Positions 1 to 10,024 are shown, counted from the first letter of the stretch. The stretch: DNA of 64,000 nucleotides from Klebsiella pneumoniae (GCA_945889325.1 CAMDBH010000006.1:3975-67974), one strand, 5' to 3'. The notes: generated from the sequence alone by a model not told the origin. Translations and numbers: made by a program.

Positions 1-259
1 GTCGCCACGGCATGGCTGGCAGTTGAACAAGCGAGTAAGGCGATTAGAGCAAAAGGAGAGAAGAAACGCATGGCTACCTCCGTGGGCAAACGGGCCCGTT
101 GCTTTTGACGCGTCAGGTTGAATGAAGATCTACCACTTTGAAAATAATTTTTGGACCCTAGGTACGCGCGAATTTGCCGACAAGGACAAATTGGCAACAA
201 TGCGCCGACTTTGCTATGCTGCCGCAGCGCGCAGGTTTGGGCGTAAACAGGGAAATGCC

Positions 260-3200
260 TTGAAATTTACAGCAATTTTTGCCCACACCGCAGCCAAGCA
301 CGCCACGCGCCCAGTGATTGGCGTTTGTGCGGTGCTGTTATTTGCCGCTTGCGGCGCAAAAGCACCCGCCGAAGTCGAAGCCGACGTCGCCGACACGGCC
401 GCACCTGAAGACACTGCCGCAGTTGTCGCCGATCCAGATGCCCAAACGTCTAACGAAGCTGGCAGTTGCAGCGGCAATGCCTGCCCGGACAGTCAGGCCG
501 CGCCCGACATCGCCAAAGATCCCAACGAAGATACGGGTGGTTGTGGCGCCGATGGTTGCGTGGACGTGCCCAACCAAGGCAGCGACGGCGGCGCTCAGCC
601 TGAATCAGACACCGATGCCGTCCAACCATTGGATACTGTTGATGTGCCGGACGAAAACGTCGATGGCGATGGCAGTCCGGACTCGGCGCCCGACGGCGGT
701 GCTGGCGACAGCGATGCTGCGCTGGATGCAGCCCCGACTTGTCCGGGCGCAACCGAGTGCGCATGCGAAAAAGACAATGAATGCACAAGCAAAGCTTGTT
801 TTGAATTCAAGGACGGCAGCAAGAAGTGCGCGGCGTCGTGCGCCAAAGACGGCGTTTGCAGTCCGGGCCTCGTTTGCAAGGACATCAGTGAAATCAACAG
901 TCAGAAGCCCGTATGTGTGGAATTCGATTTGATTTTGTGCGATCCCTGTGCGGCGCAGGCCGATTGCCAAAAGCCGGGCTATTACGACTTTGTGTGCGCC
1001 GTGCAACCCGACGGCAATGGCAAATTTTGCGCCAACAATTGCAAGAATAACGGCGATTGTTCAGAAGGTTACCTCTGCCAGCAGGGCATTGCCGACACCA
1101 ACGGCGGCAAATTTGGCCGCTGCCTGCCGGCGGCCGGCAGCTGCGCTTGTACACCGCGCGCGGCCAAACTGGGCTTGAAAACTGCTTGCGGCATCGGGGT
1201 TTGCGCTGGCAAGCGCGGCTGTATTTTGAGCGATCCCAAGCAACCGACTTCGGCGGTGCTGAGCGCTTGCGACGGCGCGGCCGCAACCACGGAAACCTGC
1301 AACGGCGTGGATGACAATTGCAATGGCGTGGTCGATGACCTGAACACACCGTGCGGCAACGACAATCCCTGCGCCCAACCTGTTTGCGCGGGCGTCAAAG
1401 GCTGCACGGTCGTCAACGACGACACCGCGCCTTGCGAAGACGGTGACATCTGCACTGAAGGGGACAAATGCAAAGGCGGGACTTGTTTTCCCGGCAAGCA
1501 GGCGGCGTGCGACGACTTCAATGTCTGCACCGACCCGAGCTGCAACAGCAAAGGCGGTTGCGTGCAAACCAACAACAGCGCGGCCTGCGAAGACGGCAGC
1601 GTGTGCACCATCGGTGACAAGTGCGGTGGCGGATCGTGTCTGCCGGGCGCGCCGACCCAGTGCAACGACGAAAATCCTTGTACCAACGACGGTTGCAACG
1701 GCAAGACCGGCTGCACCGCCACGCCCAACGTTTTGCCCTGTGAAGATGGCGACAAATGCACATTTGCCGATGCCTGCAAAAATGCCCTGTGTTTGCCCGG
1801 CGTCATCACCGATTGCAACGACAACAATGTATGCACCACGGGCAGTTGTGACAGCAAGATCGGCTGCACCCAGACGGGCAACGATTTGCCTTGCGAGGAC
1901 GGCAGCAAATGCACGACGGCGGACAAATGCGCCAACAGTGCCTGTGGGCCTGGTGCTGCAACCAACTGCGATGACAACAATGTTTGCACTGACGATGCCT
2001 GCAGCCCCAAGATCGGCTGTGGCCACGTCGCCAATGTCGTGCCTTGCGAAGATGGCAACAAATGCACCATCGGCGACAAGTGCGGCGGCAGTATTTGCCT
2101 GTCCGGCGCTGCAACTGACTGTAATGACGCCAATATTTGCACAAACGATAACTGCCAAGCCAATACCGGCTGCGACAACACCGCCAACGTTTTGCCGTGT
2201 GAAGACGGCAGCAAGTGCACCTTGGCCGACAATTGCAAGGACAGCGTTTGCATGCCGGGCGTCGTAACCGATTGTAGCGACAACAATGTTTGCACCGACG
2301 ACAGTTGCACGGCCAAACTCGGCTGTGCCCATGTGGCCAACATTTTGCTGTGCGATGACGGCAACAAGTGCACCTTGGGCGACTTTTGCAGCAACAGCCT
2401 GTGCTTACCAGATGAGATAACCGGCTGTAGCGACAACAATGTTTGCACTGACGACAGCTGCGACAGCAAAAAGGGTTGCAGCAACATCGCCAATATTTTG
2501 CCGTGTGAGGACGGCAGCAAATGCACGCTTGGCGACAAATGCAAAGATAACGTGTGCTTACCGGGTGAAATCACCCTGTGCAACGACGGCAACGGCTGCA
2601 CAAATGACAGTTGCGACAAGGCCGGTGGCTGCCAGAATCTAGCAAATTCATTGCCTTGTGAAGACGGCAACGTGTGTACATTGAGCGACAATTGCGCCAA
2701 CGCGGCATGCGTAGCCGGTGCGCTCAACGCGTGTGATGACAAAAACCCTTGCACGGACGACAGTTGCGACCCGGTGACCAACTGTGCGCACAAGAACAAC
2801 GTCGCCTTGTGCGACGACGGCCAAGGCTGCACGATCAACGACACCTGTTTGGCTGCCAAATGCGCAGGCGTGGCCAAGGTTTGTGACGACGGCAACCCGT
2901 GTACGACGGACAAATGCGACGGCGGCACTTGTTTGGTGCCGGCCGTGGAAGGCTGTACCCTCTGTTTTAATGAAGTTTTTCCGATGGCCCCTGTTTTTGC
3001 CGGTGCCACAAAGAGCGACAGTGCCACGGCCGTTGCCTGGTCGTTGCAACCGTCTTTGATCAAATCTGCGCCTTTTGCCTTGTATTCTAGCTGGGTTGGC
3101 GACAACAGCCTGCCGACGGCGGTCGCCACTTGGTCCACGCCTGCGCTGACGGCTCCGGGTGAAACCAAACTCGAATTTTGGCTAGATGCGCAGTTGTCCG

Positions 3201-4045
3201 ATCCGCTGTGTGGCTCAGACGATTTTGAAGTGCGCGTCGGCAATGCGGTTTTGCTTCAAGTCTGCAAGTCGACGGTTGGGCCGACCAAGTTCTCCGTTGT
3301 GATTCCCGGCAATGTTGCGGCGCAGAACCTCGAGTTTCGCGCAGTGGCCAATTTGGCTGTCGGCCACAACGGCAAGATTTCCATTGACAACATTGCGTTG
3401 GGTGGCGGGTGTAGCCCCAACGCCTGCGCTGCGTGCGGGTTAGGTGCTTCGTGCAACGCGGGCACGGGCGTGTGCGAGTACCACGTGGTCTTTTCCGAAA
3501 TTGCCACCCAAGGGGCCAACGGCGCAAACGATGAATTTGTTGAACTTTACAATGCCGGTGACAGTGCCGCGACGCTGACTGGCCTGTTGCTGCAGTACCG
3601 CGCGTCCAGCAACAACACGACTTGGACCAACAAGATCGCGGGCGGCATGCCGACGGCGACGATCGCCGCGCACGGTTTTTATCTCATCGCTTCCAAGTCT
3701 TACCTGGGCGATGTGGTGGCCGACTTGCTCTTGTCGGTCGACATGCAGGTTTCGGCCGCGGCGGCGACCTTGCAGTTGATCGGCCCAGTGGCGCTTACGC
3801 CATTGGATTTGGTCGGTTACGGCGATACCCTGACGTTTGAAAGCAAGCAAGGACCCACGGCGAGCGCGCTGGCTACGGGCAGCATCGAACGCAAAGCCAA
3901 TGGCAACAGCACGGACAAGACCATGGTTATTGGGGGCTTGGACGAAAAAGCGGGCAACGGCCTGGATGGCGACAACAACCTGACGGACTTCATCCTTCGC
4001 GTGGCGCGCAACCCGCAAAATAAGGCCAGCGGCAGCGAGCCTTGA
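260..4045 (+). CDS. Large Cys-rich repeat surface lipoprotein with C-terminal lamin-tail domain (LTD)
   Basis: ORF 122-4045. TTG at 260 gives a signal peptide ending in lipobox FAAC. Acidic linker, MopE-like CNGVDDNCNG motif, ten 51-aa CxDxNxCTxDxC repeats, LTD motif FSEIATQG...DEFVELYN. Start uncertain. Confidence 0.8.
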   Translation: MKFTAIFAHTAAKHATRPVIGVCAVLLFAACGAKAPAEVEADVADTAAPEDTAAVVADPDAQTSNEAGSCSGNACPDSQAAPDIAKDPNEDTGGCGADGCVDVPNQGSDGGAQPESDTDAVQPLDTVDVPDENVDGDGSPDSAPDGGAGDSDAALDAAPTCPGATECACEKDNECTSKACFEFKDGSKKCAASCAKDGVCSPGLVCKDISEINSQKPVCVEFDLILCDPCAAQADCQKPGYYDFVCAVQPDGNGKFCANNCKNNGDCSEGYLCQQGIADTNGGKFGRCLPAAGSCACTPRAAKLGLKTACGIGVCAGKRGCILSDPKQPTSAVLSACDGAAATTETCNGVDDNCNGVVDDLNTPCGNDNPCAQPVCAGVKGCTVVNDDTAPCEDGDICTEGDKCKGGTCFPGKQAACDDFNVCTDPSCNSKGGCVQTNNSAACEDGSVCTIGDKCGGGSCLPGAPTQCNDENPCTNDGCNGKTGCTATPNVLPCEDGDKCTFADACKNALCLPGVITDCNDNNVCTTGSCDSKIGCTQTGNDLPCEDGSKCTTADKCANSACGPGAATNCDDNNVCTDDACSPKIGCGHVANVVPCEDGNKCTIGDKCGGSICLSGAATDCNDANICTNDNCQANTGCDNTANVLPCEDGSKCTLADNCKDSVCMPGVVTDCSDNNVCTDDSCTAKLGCAHVANILLCDDGNKCTLGDFCSNSLCLPDEITGCSDNNVCTDDSCDSKKGCSNIANILPCEDGSKCTLGDKCKDNVCLPGEITLCNDGNGCTNDSCDKAGGCQNLANSLPCEDGNVCTLSDNCANAACVAGALNACDDKNPCTDDSCDPVTNCAHKNNVALCDDGQGCTINDTCLAAKCAGVAKVCDDGNPCTTDKCDGGTCLVPAVEGCTLCFNEVFPMAPVFAGATKSDSATAVAWSLQPSLIKSAPFALYSSWVGDNSLPTAVATWSTPALTAPGETKLEFWLDAQLSDPLCGSDDFEVRVGNAVLLQVCKSTVGPTKFSVVIPGNVAAQNLEFRAVANLAVGHNGKISIDNIALGGGCSPNACAACGLGASCNAGTGVCEYHVVFSEIATQGANGANDEFVELYNAGDSAATLTGLLLQYRASSNNTTWTNKIAGGMPTATIAAHGFYLIASKSYLGDVVADLLLSVDMQVSAAAATLQLIGPVALTPLDLVGYGDTLTFESKQGPTASALATGSIERKANGNSTDKTMVIGGLDEKAGNGLDGDNNLTDFILRVARNPQNKASGSEP
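1352..2932 (+). repeat. Coding tandem repeat, ~153 bp (51 aa, 8 Cys) x10 plus a partial unit
   Basis: Units such as CNDENPCTNDGCNGKTGCTATPNVLPCEDGDKCTFADACKNALCLPGVITD, read from the translation. Confidence 0.9.
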
Positions 4046-4116
4046 CCTTGTAGCCAAAAGATCAACGTGATATCAAGTCGCCGCGCCCGCCACAACAGGT
4101 CGCGCGAGGATGACCC

Positions 4117-4818
4117 ATGGCTGTCGGATTTACCCAGTGGACCGTTCTCAAACACCGGCCCATTGATAAGCTAGAAGCAAATTTGTGGCATGTTTCCGGC
4201 CTGATGAAGGGCGGCAACGAGCGCAAAATGGTCGTGGCCAAGCGCAGCGATGGCGATTTGGTCATTTTCAATGCGATTGCCTTGGACGACGCAGAAATGG
4301 CTGAGTTGGAAGCGTTCGGAAAGCCAAAATACTTAGTGATTCCAAACGCCTTTCACCGGCAGGACGCGTTAATTTACAAAATGCGCTATCCGGACATCAA
4401 AGTCATCGCGGGCGCCGGTGCCGCCAAAGGTGCGGCCAAAGCGCTGCCCGTTGACATGACGCTGGACCAGTACAAGGGCGATGGCGACGTGCAACTGATT
4501 GCACCCGCTGGCTTTGCCGACAAAGAAGCGATGCTGATCGTCAAACACCAAGGCGGCGGGCAGACCGTGGCGACTTGCGACGCCATCCTCAACGTCACCA
4601 GCAAGGACGTAAAGTTCCCGTTTTCCTTCCTGTTAGCGCCGGTGGACACAGCCAGCACACCGCGGTTGATCCGTTGGATGATGCTCAAGGACAAACAGGC
4701 GTGGCTGGCCCAATTGGCTGAATTAGCAGGGACTACTACGCGCTTGATTCCGGGGCATGGCTTGATTTTGGACGATGCGCCCGCCGCCTTGCGCGGTGTG
4801 TCGGCGTTGCTCAGTTAA
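4117..4818 (+). CDS. DUF4336-like metallo-beta-lactamase-fold protein
   Basis: Motifs RKMVVAKRSDGDLVIFN, LVIPNAFH, DAILN and LIPGHG. Confidence 0.65.
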   Translation: MAVGFTQWTVLKHRPIDKLEANLWHVSGLMKGGNERKMVVAKRSDGDLVIFNAIALDDAEMAELEAFGKPKYLVIPNAFHRQDALIYKMRYPDIKVIAGAGAAKGAAKALPVDMTLDQYKGDGDVQLIAPAGFADKEAMLIVKHQGGGQTVATCDAILNVTSKDVKFPFSFLLAPVDTASTPRLIRWMMLKDKQAWLAQLAELAGTTTRLIPGHGLILDDAPAALRGVSALLS

Positions 4819-4821
4819 GGG

Positions 4822-4846
4822 ATTGGCCAAGCATAACTTGGCCAAT
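4822..4846. terminator. Hairpin between convergent genes, possible terminator
   Basis: ATTGGCCAAG-CATAA-CTTGGCCAAT, a perfect 10-bp stem just after the 4818 stop. Confidence 0.5.
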
Positions 4847-4901
4847 TGCCCTGGCAGTTTTGCTGGGCCGCCAAGCTCACCGATGCGGATTCGCGGCGAC
4901 T

Positions 4902-4938
4902 GTTGTCCAACAAATCGATCGATTTGTTTTTGGACAAC
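4902..4938. repeat. Near-perfect palindrome
   Basis: GTTGTCC + 20-bp palindrome AACAAATCGATCGATTTGTT + TTT bulge + GGACAAC. Confidence 0.7.
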
Positions 4939-4969
4939 CCCTAACCGGCTCTAGCTGAAAACGCCCAGG

Positions 4970-6154
4970 CTACTTCTTTTGGTTTTCGGCGGTGCTTTGT
5001 TCAACGCGCTGCGCGGTCTCCTTTGCCGTTTTGGCAAAGCCCGCATCCTTGTCATTCGCCAACATTTTTAGGTCTTTAAGTGCACGGGCCTCGCCAGAAC
5101 GCTCAAGGGCATATAGGGCCCAACTGCGATAAAATGGCGGAATTTTCTCGTCTTGGGCAATCGCCATAACGGTCGCGTAGGCCGCCTTGCGATCGATTGC
5201 TACCTTGTCCCCGCGGGCCAGAAAATTCTGCAGACCGCGCGCGGTGGCCGACGCCCAACTGCCATCGGTGAGCGTGGCGTAGCGCGCCTGCCAATTTTTC
5301 ATAACGGCCGTAAAACCCGCAGGTCCGCCGATTTCACCAAGTGTTTCAACGCATTTTTGTGCAAGACGCAGGCTTGGGTTGTCCAATTGCGCGATCATCC
5401 ACGCTTCAAACTTGGCGCGGGTCACCTGATCTTCGATCTGATAGACCACACCGACGATTTGAATCCGCAGTTCTTCTGAAGACTTATTGTCTTGGAGCAA
5501 CGCGTACAAGGCGTCGACATGCGCTGGCCGCTTGAGCGGCGCGGTGCCCAACCGGATGAGCTCAGTGCGGGCAAACTCTGGTAAATTTTGATCTTTTATC
5601 AGGTCCAAAATTTCTTCGTGCACGGCGCCGCAAGCGGCCGACGCGTAGAAGTTGGAAAGAAATTCACCCAGCCGACTGGACGTGTGCTCGGCTTTTTCAA
5701 CGCGAATCACCGCCAACAGCCGTTTGGCCACGTTGACATTGTCATTGCGCCCAGCGGGAAACAGACTAAAATTGGTTGCATAAACACAAGCATAGCGTTG
5801 CGCAGAGTTGCCGGCATCTATGCAGTCGAGCATCGCTTCATAGGTCGACTGTTGCCGCGTCGGGTCGTTGTTGCGAGTTTTGGCTAATGTCTCCAAGTCT
5901 TTGGCCGCGGGGCACGCTTGAAAGTCTGCGACTGGGCAGTCTCTGATTTTGGCATACAATGCGGCGATTTCCGGATCTTTCGGACCCGCTGGGGCGGCGA
6001 TGGCCGGTTTTTCTACCGCCTTGTCAGAAGTTGCTGCGGTAGGCAACGCGATTGCCTTGTCCGAATCTGCCGCGTGCATTGCGGGCGGTGCTGCCTTTGG
6101 CGAGCACGCGAGAAAAGCCACTGAAATAACAAGCAGATAGATGGCCTGACGCAT
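4970..6154 (-). CDS. HEAT-repeat lipoprotein, unknown function
   Basis: MRQAIYLLVISVAFLAC lipobox from ATG 6154; helical repeats such as CVETLGEIGG and ALYALERSGE. Confidence 0.7.
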   Translation of the reverse strand: MRQAIYLLVISVAFLACSPKAAPPAMHAADSDKAIALPTAATSDKAVEKPAIAAPAGPKDPEIAALYAKIRDCPVADFQACPAAKDLETLAKTRNNDPTRQQSTYEAMLDCIDAGNSAQRYACVYATNFSLFPAGRNDNVNVAKRLLAVIRVEKAEHTSSRLGEFLSNFYASAACGAVHEEILDLIKDQNLPEFARTELIRLGTAPLKRPAHVDALYALLQDNKSSEELRIQIVGVVYQIEDQVTRAKFEAWMIAQLDNPSLRLAQKCVETLGEIGGPAGFTAVMKNWQARYATLTDGSWASATARGLQNFLARGDKVAIDRKAAYATVMAIAQDEKIPPFYRSWALYALERSGEARALKDLKMLANDKDAGFAKTAKETAQRVEQSTAENQKK

Positions 6155-6344
6155 GCTGGCTCCGCTGGAAGTTGGGCGGCGCTTGTGGCGGATGTTGCAA
6201 GCGATGCCCAGCGTTGAATCGCAATAGCATCGCAAAGTTGCGGCCCATCGTCAACCGCGGTTTGACGCTGGGCCGCCGCTTGCATACGCTGCGACTGCAC
6301 CAAACTTGGCGGCGCAAACCAAACAGAAACGCAAGGAAGTGTCG

Positions 6345-7628
6345 ATGTCCGATTGGGAGGCGTTGCAAGGGGAGATCCGCCGCGCGCAAAAGCGCCATCG
6401 CGTGCAGGCGGATCGCGTGCGCGGCTTGTTTGTGCCGTATTTTCGCCGCGGCGTGTTGTCGGTTCCGGCGTTCAAAATGAGCGCGGGGGGCGATCCCAAG
6501 GTGCAGGGGCGGGAGCAAAGCCTCAAGTTGATGAGCAAAGCTGCGCAGTTGCCTGCCGATTGCTTCTTTTACGACTTGGAGGACGCAGCACCGGATCAGG
6601 CGGAGTTCAAACAATTTGCCCGCGAATTTGCCGTGGAAGCGTTGCTTACCCATGATTTTGCTGATCGTGTCGTGGCTTTTCGTCCCAATAACATCCGCAC
6701 AGAGTATTTCGAGCAAGACGTGCTGCAAGTGATTCGCGCGGCGGGCCACAAGCTGCAAATGCTGGTGATTCCCAAGACGGAAAACGCCGACGAAGTAGCG
6801 GACATCGCCAAAATGGTGCAGCGGATCAATGAACTGGCGGGTAACAGCAACAAACTCTATTTGGAAGTTTTGATCGAGTCGCCGCGGGCTTTTCTGCAGG
6901 CTCAGCAAATCGCGCAAATCCCGCAGGTCACGGCGCTGGTTTTTGGCGCGTACGATTTTGCCCGCACGGTTGGCGGGGAGGTCGACGCTAAGACATGGCT
7001 GCGAGATCAAACAGTTGTGCGACAAATGTTGCCCATCATCGCTGCCAGTGAGGGCAAGGATGCCGTGGATGCCGTGACGGCGACGCTGCCCTTGAAGCCG
7101 CCGCGAACGCCGCATCTGCCGCAAAAAAATTACGATCTGGTTATGCAACCGGGCTACGCTGGGCATTGGCTGTACCGGCCGGGTGATTTTGGCGACGGCG
7201 TTCGCGCACGGCACTACGCACTGGACCTCGTCCGACGCGATGCGCAAGATGCGAGAAAATTGGGCTTTGCGGCAAAATGGATCCTGCATCCCGATCAAAT
7301 CGCACCGATTCAAAAAGCCTGGGTGCCGACGCGAGCCCGCGCGCTTGAAGCGCTGCAACTAGCTGCAGCATATGCGAAATCGGCAATCGATGGATCGGGC
7401 GCGCAGCGACATGGCCTCAAGATGGCCGACAAAGCGGTCGTCGCTGCAGATTGGGCGCTCGTGCAAGCGGCCCTGCGCGCGCTAGTGCTCAGTTCGGACG
7501 ACATTGCAGATAATGGGTTCAGCATTGAACAGTTACAACGCAGCATGGCTACGCGCGATTCGCCCATCGACCGCCCAACGCCGCCTCAGCAAGAAGAAGG
7601 GGACGAGGAAGCCGAGATACCGTTTTGA
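6345..7628 (+). CDS. HpcH/HpaI aldolase / citrate lyase beta (CitE, malyl-CoA lyase-like) family protein
   Basis: Motifs FYDLEDA, IPK, LIESP, FGAYDF and KWILHPDQI; AAGGA RBS before ATG 6345. Confidence 0.8.
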   Translation: MSDWEALQGEIRRAQKRHRVQADRVRGLFVPYFRRGVLSVPAFKMSAGGDPKVQGREQSLKLMSKAAQLPADCFFYDLEDAAPDQAEFKQFAREFAVEALLTHDFADRVVAFRPNNIRTEYFEQDVLQVIRAAGHKLQMLVIPKTENADEVADIAKMVQRINELAGNSNKLYLEVLIESPRAFLQAQQIAQIPQVTALVFGAYDFARTVGGEVDAKTWLRDQTVVRQMLPIIAASEGKDAVDAVTATLPLKPPRTPHLPQKNYDLVMQPGYAGHWLYRPGDFGDGVRARHYALDLVRRDAQDARKLGFAAKWILHPDQIAPIQKAWVPTRARALEALQLAAAYAKSAIDGSGAQRHGLKMADKAVVAADWALVQAALRALVLSSDDIADNGFSIEQLQRSMATRDSPIDRPTPPQQEEGDEEAEIPF

Positions 7629-7701
7629 CCTGCAAAACTTTGGGACGGAACAATCCGCCGACTTTTGGGGTTGTATTGACCCGCAACCAAAGAGACGTCA
7701 G

Positions 7702-8640
7702 ATGAGCCTAACCGAACAAGATCAGCCTGAATCTGCCGAAACGCGGGTCAGTGGCCTGCAGCGCCGCGACGTCTTGCAGTTGTTGGCGGCCAGCGCAGTG
7801 GCGGTGGCAGTGCCGGCAAATACCCAAGCAAGTCCAACACAAGGGGCCAAAACCATGCAACGTGCCAAACCGATGCCCGTCATTTTTGCCGCGCACGGCA
7901 ATCCCATGTTCATGGATGACGCGCTGTTTATGCGGGAACTGCATGATTGGGCAGAGAAAATGCCCAAACCCAAAGCAGTGCTGATGATTTCAGCCCACTG
8001 GGAACAAAAACCGCTGACCATCGGTGCGGTCAAGACCGTGCCCTTGATCTATGATTTTTATGGCTTTCCCCAGCGCTATTACCAAGTCAAGTACGCGGCC
8101 CCCGGTGCGCCCGCGCTGGCGCAGCGCGTGCGCGATCTACTGCAAGGTGCAGGAATTGCGCACAAAGAAGCGCCCGATCGCGGTCTGGATCACGGCGCGT
8201 ACGTGCCCATGGTGTGCATGTACCCGCAAGCGGATGTTCCGGTGCTGCAAATTTCACTCCCAAGTATGAATCCGCAAGAGAATTTTGAGGTCGGTCTGGC
8301 GCTTGCGCCGCTGCGCAAAGAAGAAGTTTTGATCATCGGTGCCGGTTTTTTGACGCACAATTTGCGCACCTTTGTGCCTGGGGCCAATCCGCCTGTGGCC
8401 AAATGGGCGGCCGAATTTGACGAGTGGGCCGAAAAAACCATTGCAAAGCGCGATTTTACTTCACTTATCAACTACCGATCGCTCGCGCCCAACGTGCAAA
8501 TGGCGCTGCCGACGCATGAACATTTTGTGCCGGTGCTTGTGGCGGCCGGTGCATCAGCGGAACACACTGAAAGTGTAGCATTTCCTATCACCGGCTATAT
8601 GGCTGGCACTTTCACCAAGCGATCGGTGCAGTTCGGGTAA
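7702..8640 (+). CDS. LigB/YgiD-type (DOPA 4,5-) extradiol dioxygenase with twin-arginine signal
   Basis: Motifs HGNPM, ISAHW, YDFYGFP, RGLDHGAYVP, GFLTHNL and HPT-like PTHEHF. N-terminus QRRDVLQLLAASAVAVAVPANTQA. Confidence 0.85.
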   Translation: MSLTEQDQPESAETRVSGLQRRDVLQLLAASAVAVAVPANTQASPTQGAKTMQRAKPMPVIFAAHGNPMFMDDALFMRELHDWAEKMPKPKAVLMISAHWEQKPLTIGAVKTVPLIYDFYGFPQRYYQVKYAAPGAPALAQRVRDLLQGAGIAHKEAPDRGLDHGAYVPMVCMYPQADVPVLQISLPSMNPQENFEVGLALAPLRKEEVLIIGAGFLTHNLRTFVPGANPPVAKWAAEFDEWAEKTIAKRDFTSLINYRSLAPNVQMALPTHEHFVPVLVAAGASAEHTESVAFPITGYMAGTFTKRSVQFG

Positions 8641-8657
8641 TCGGTCTACTCTACTGA

Positions 8658-9827
8658 TTACGCGGGCTTTTCCAGCTTGCCGTCGGGCCGTTTGGCAAAG
8701 CGCTGCGGCTCACTGCCGTGCACCGGATCGTGGCGCGGCCACGGCCAGCCACCAAATTGGGTGCGCTGGTAATCCATCATGGTTTGTTGAATTTCCAGCC
8801 GCGTATTCATGACGAACGGCCCGTGCTGCACCACCGGTTCCTTAATAGGTTGACCTTGCAGCAGCAGCATTTGACAGTCTTGGGCGCCTGCCTGCAAAAG
8901 CACCGCCACATCGGCCTTCAAGGCAATCGCTTGTTTTACTGCAACGTTGCGCGCCCCGACTTGCAAGTCCTTGCCTTCAAAAAAATACAGCATCCGATTG
9001 GAACCCGCTTTGGCTGCAGGCAGCGTCCATTGGCCACCGGCCGGCATTTTCAGTGTCCAAATGGCGACATCGCTGTCGGGCTGCGTGGCCCAAGAACTCG
9101 GCGGCGGCTGCGGTGGCACCACGCCGTTCAATTGCCCAGCGACCAACGCGATCTCCGTCGCCAGACCTTTGTGATCTTTGACAAAGATGTGCGGGACCGT
9201 ATCGGCCCACAGCATCTTGAAATGCGGCTCGGCCATTTTGTCGCGCGCGGGCAAATTGAGCCAAATCTGGAACAGTTCGACCGGATTGGGGGCATTGCGG
9301 TCAAGGAGCGGAAACATTTCAGCATGTTGAATGCCACGACCGGCCGTCAGCCATTGCACGTCGCCTTGGCCGTAACGGGCGGCGGCGCCCATGGAATCGG
9401 CGTGATCGATCAGACCGCGGCGCGCCACCGTGACGGTTTCAAAGCCGCGGTGCGGATGTTGCGGAAATCCTGGGACAACTTGGCCGTGGTACATGCGCCA
9501 GCCATCCTTGCCGGCAAAATCTTGGCCCATGTCGCGACCGGCAAGCGATGCGGCTGGCCCATAGTGCTCGTTGGCGGCCGGATAGGCATCGTCGTGGTGT
9601 ACGCAAAACAGAAAAGGATCTGGCGTTTGCCATGGAAAAGCCAACGGTTCAACGCGCAGAATGGCGTCAACAGCGGGTTTGGTGGGCACGGTTTGGGCGG
9701 CTTGGGCGGTGGACACGGCGGCCTCCTTGGCTTGCGAAAGACTTGGCGAATTGCAATCGGTGGCGGCAACGGCTGCGCCAGAAACGGCAAGTGTTTTCAG
9801 AACAGCGCGACGAGACAAATCGGACAT
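8658..9827 (-). CDS. Pirin family protein with twin-arginine signal
   Basis: Motifs DPFLFCVHH, GFPQHPHRGFETVT, DHADSMG, WLTAGRGIQHAE, FQIWLNLP and GPFVMN. N-terminus SRRAVLK. Confidence 0.9.
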   Translation of the reverse strand: MSDLSRRAVLKTLAVSGAAVAATDCNSPSLSQAKEAAVSTAQAAQTVPTKPAVDAILRVEPLAFPWQTPDPFLFCVHHDDAYPAANEHYGPAASLAGRDMGQDFAGKDGWRMYHGQVVPGFPQHPHRGFETVTVARRGLIDHADSMGAAARYGQGDVQWLTAGRGIQHAEMFPLLDRNAPNPVELFQIWLNLPARDKMAEPHFKMLWADTVPHIFVKDHKGLATEIALVAGQLNGVVPPQPPPSSWATQPDSDVAIWTLKMPAGGQWTLPAAKAGSNRMLYFFEGKDLQVGARNVAVKQAIALKADVAVLLQAGAQDCQMLLLQGQPIKEPVVQHGPFVMNTRLEIQQTMMDYQRTQFGGWPWPRHDPVHGSEPQRFAKRPDGKLEKPA

Positions 9828-9983
9828 GACACGTTTTCCAGCGGCTTTGACTCAGCAGCTGTGAAATGGATATTTCACAGCCTCTGAGCCGAACAGCCTC
9901 GCAGTGTGCGAAGCAGCGCGGTGCAGGTCAAGCCAAAACAAGGTAGGACGATCGCGCAAACCTTGCCACTGCGGCGGGCGATG

Positions 9984-10024
9984 CGCACAATCAGTTTGCA
10001 ACCGCACAATCAGTTTGCAACCGC
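9984..10024. repeat. Perfect 19-bp tandem duplication in a divergent promoter region
   Basis: CGCACAATCAGTTTGCAAC twice (9984-10002, 10003-10021), followed by CGC. Confidence 0.85.

Noticed and set aside
4902-4938. Integron attC site
   Set aside because: GTCCAAC fits RYYYAAC, but there is no proper GTTRRRY partner, it is too short, and there is no integrase or second site.
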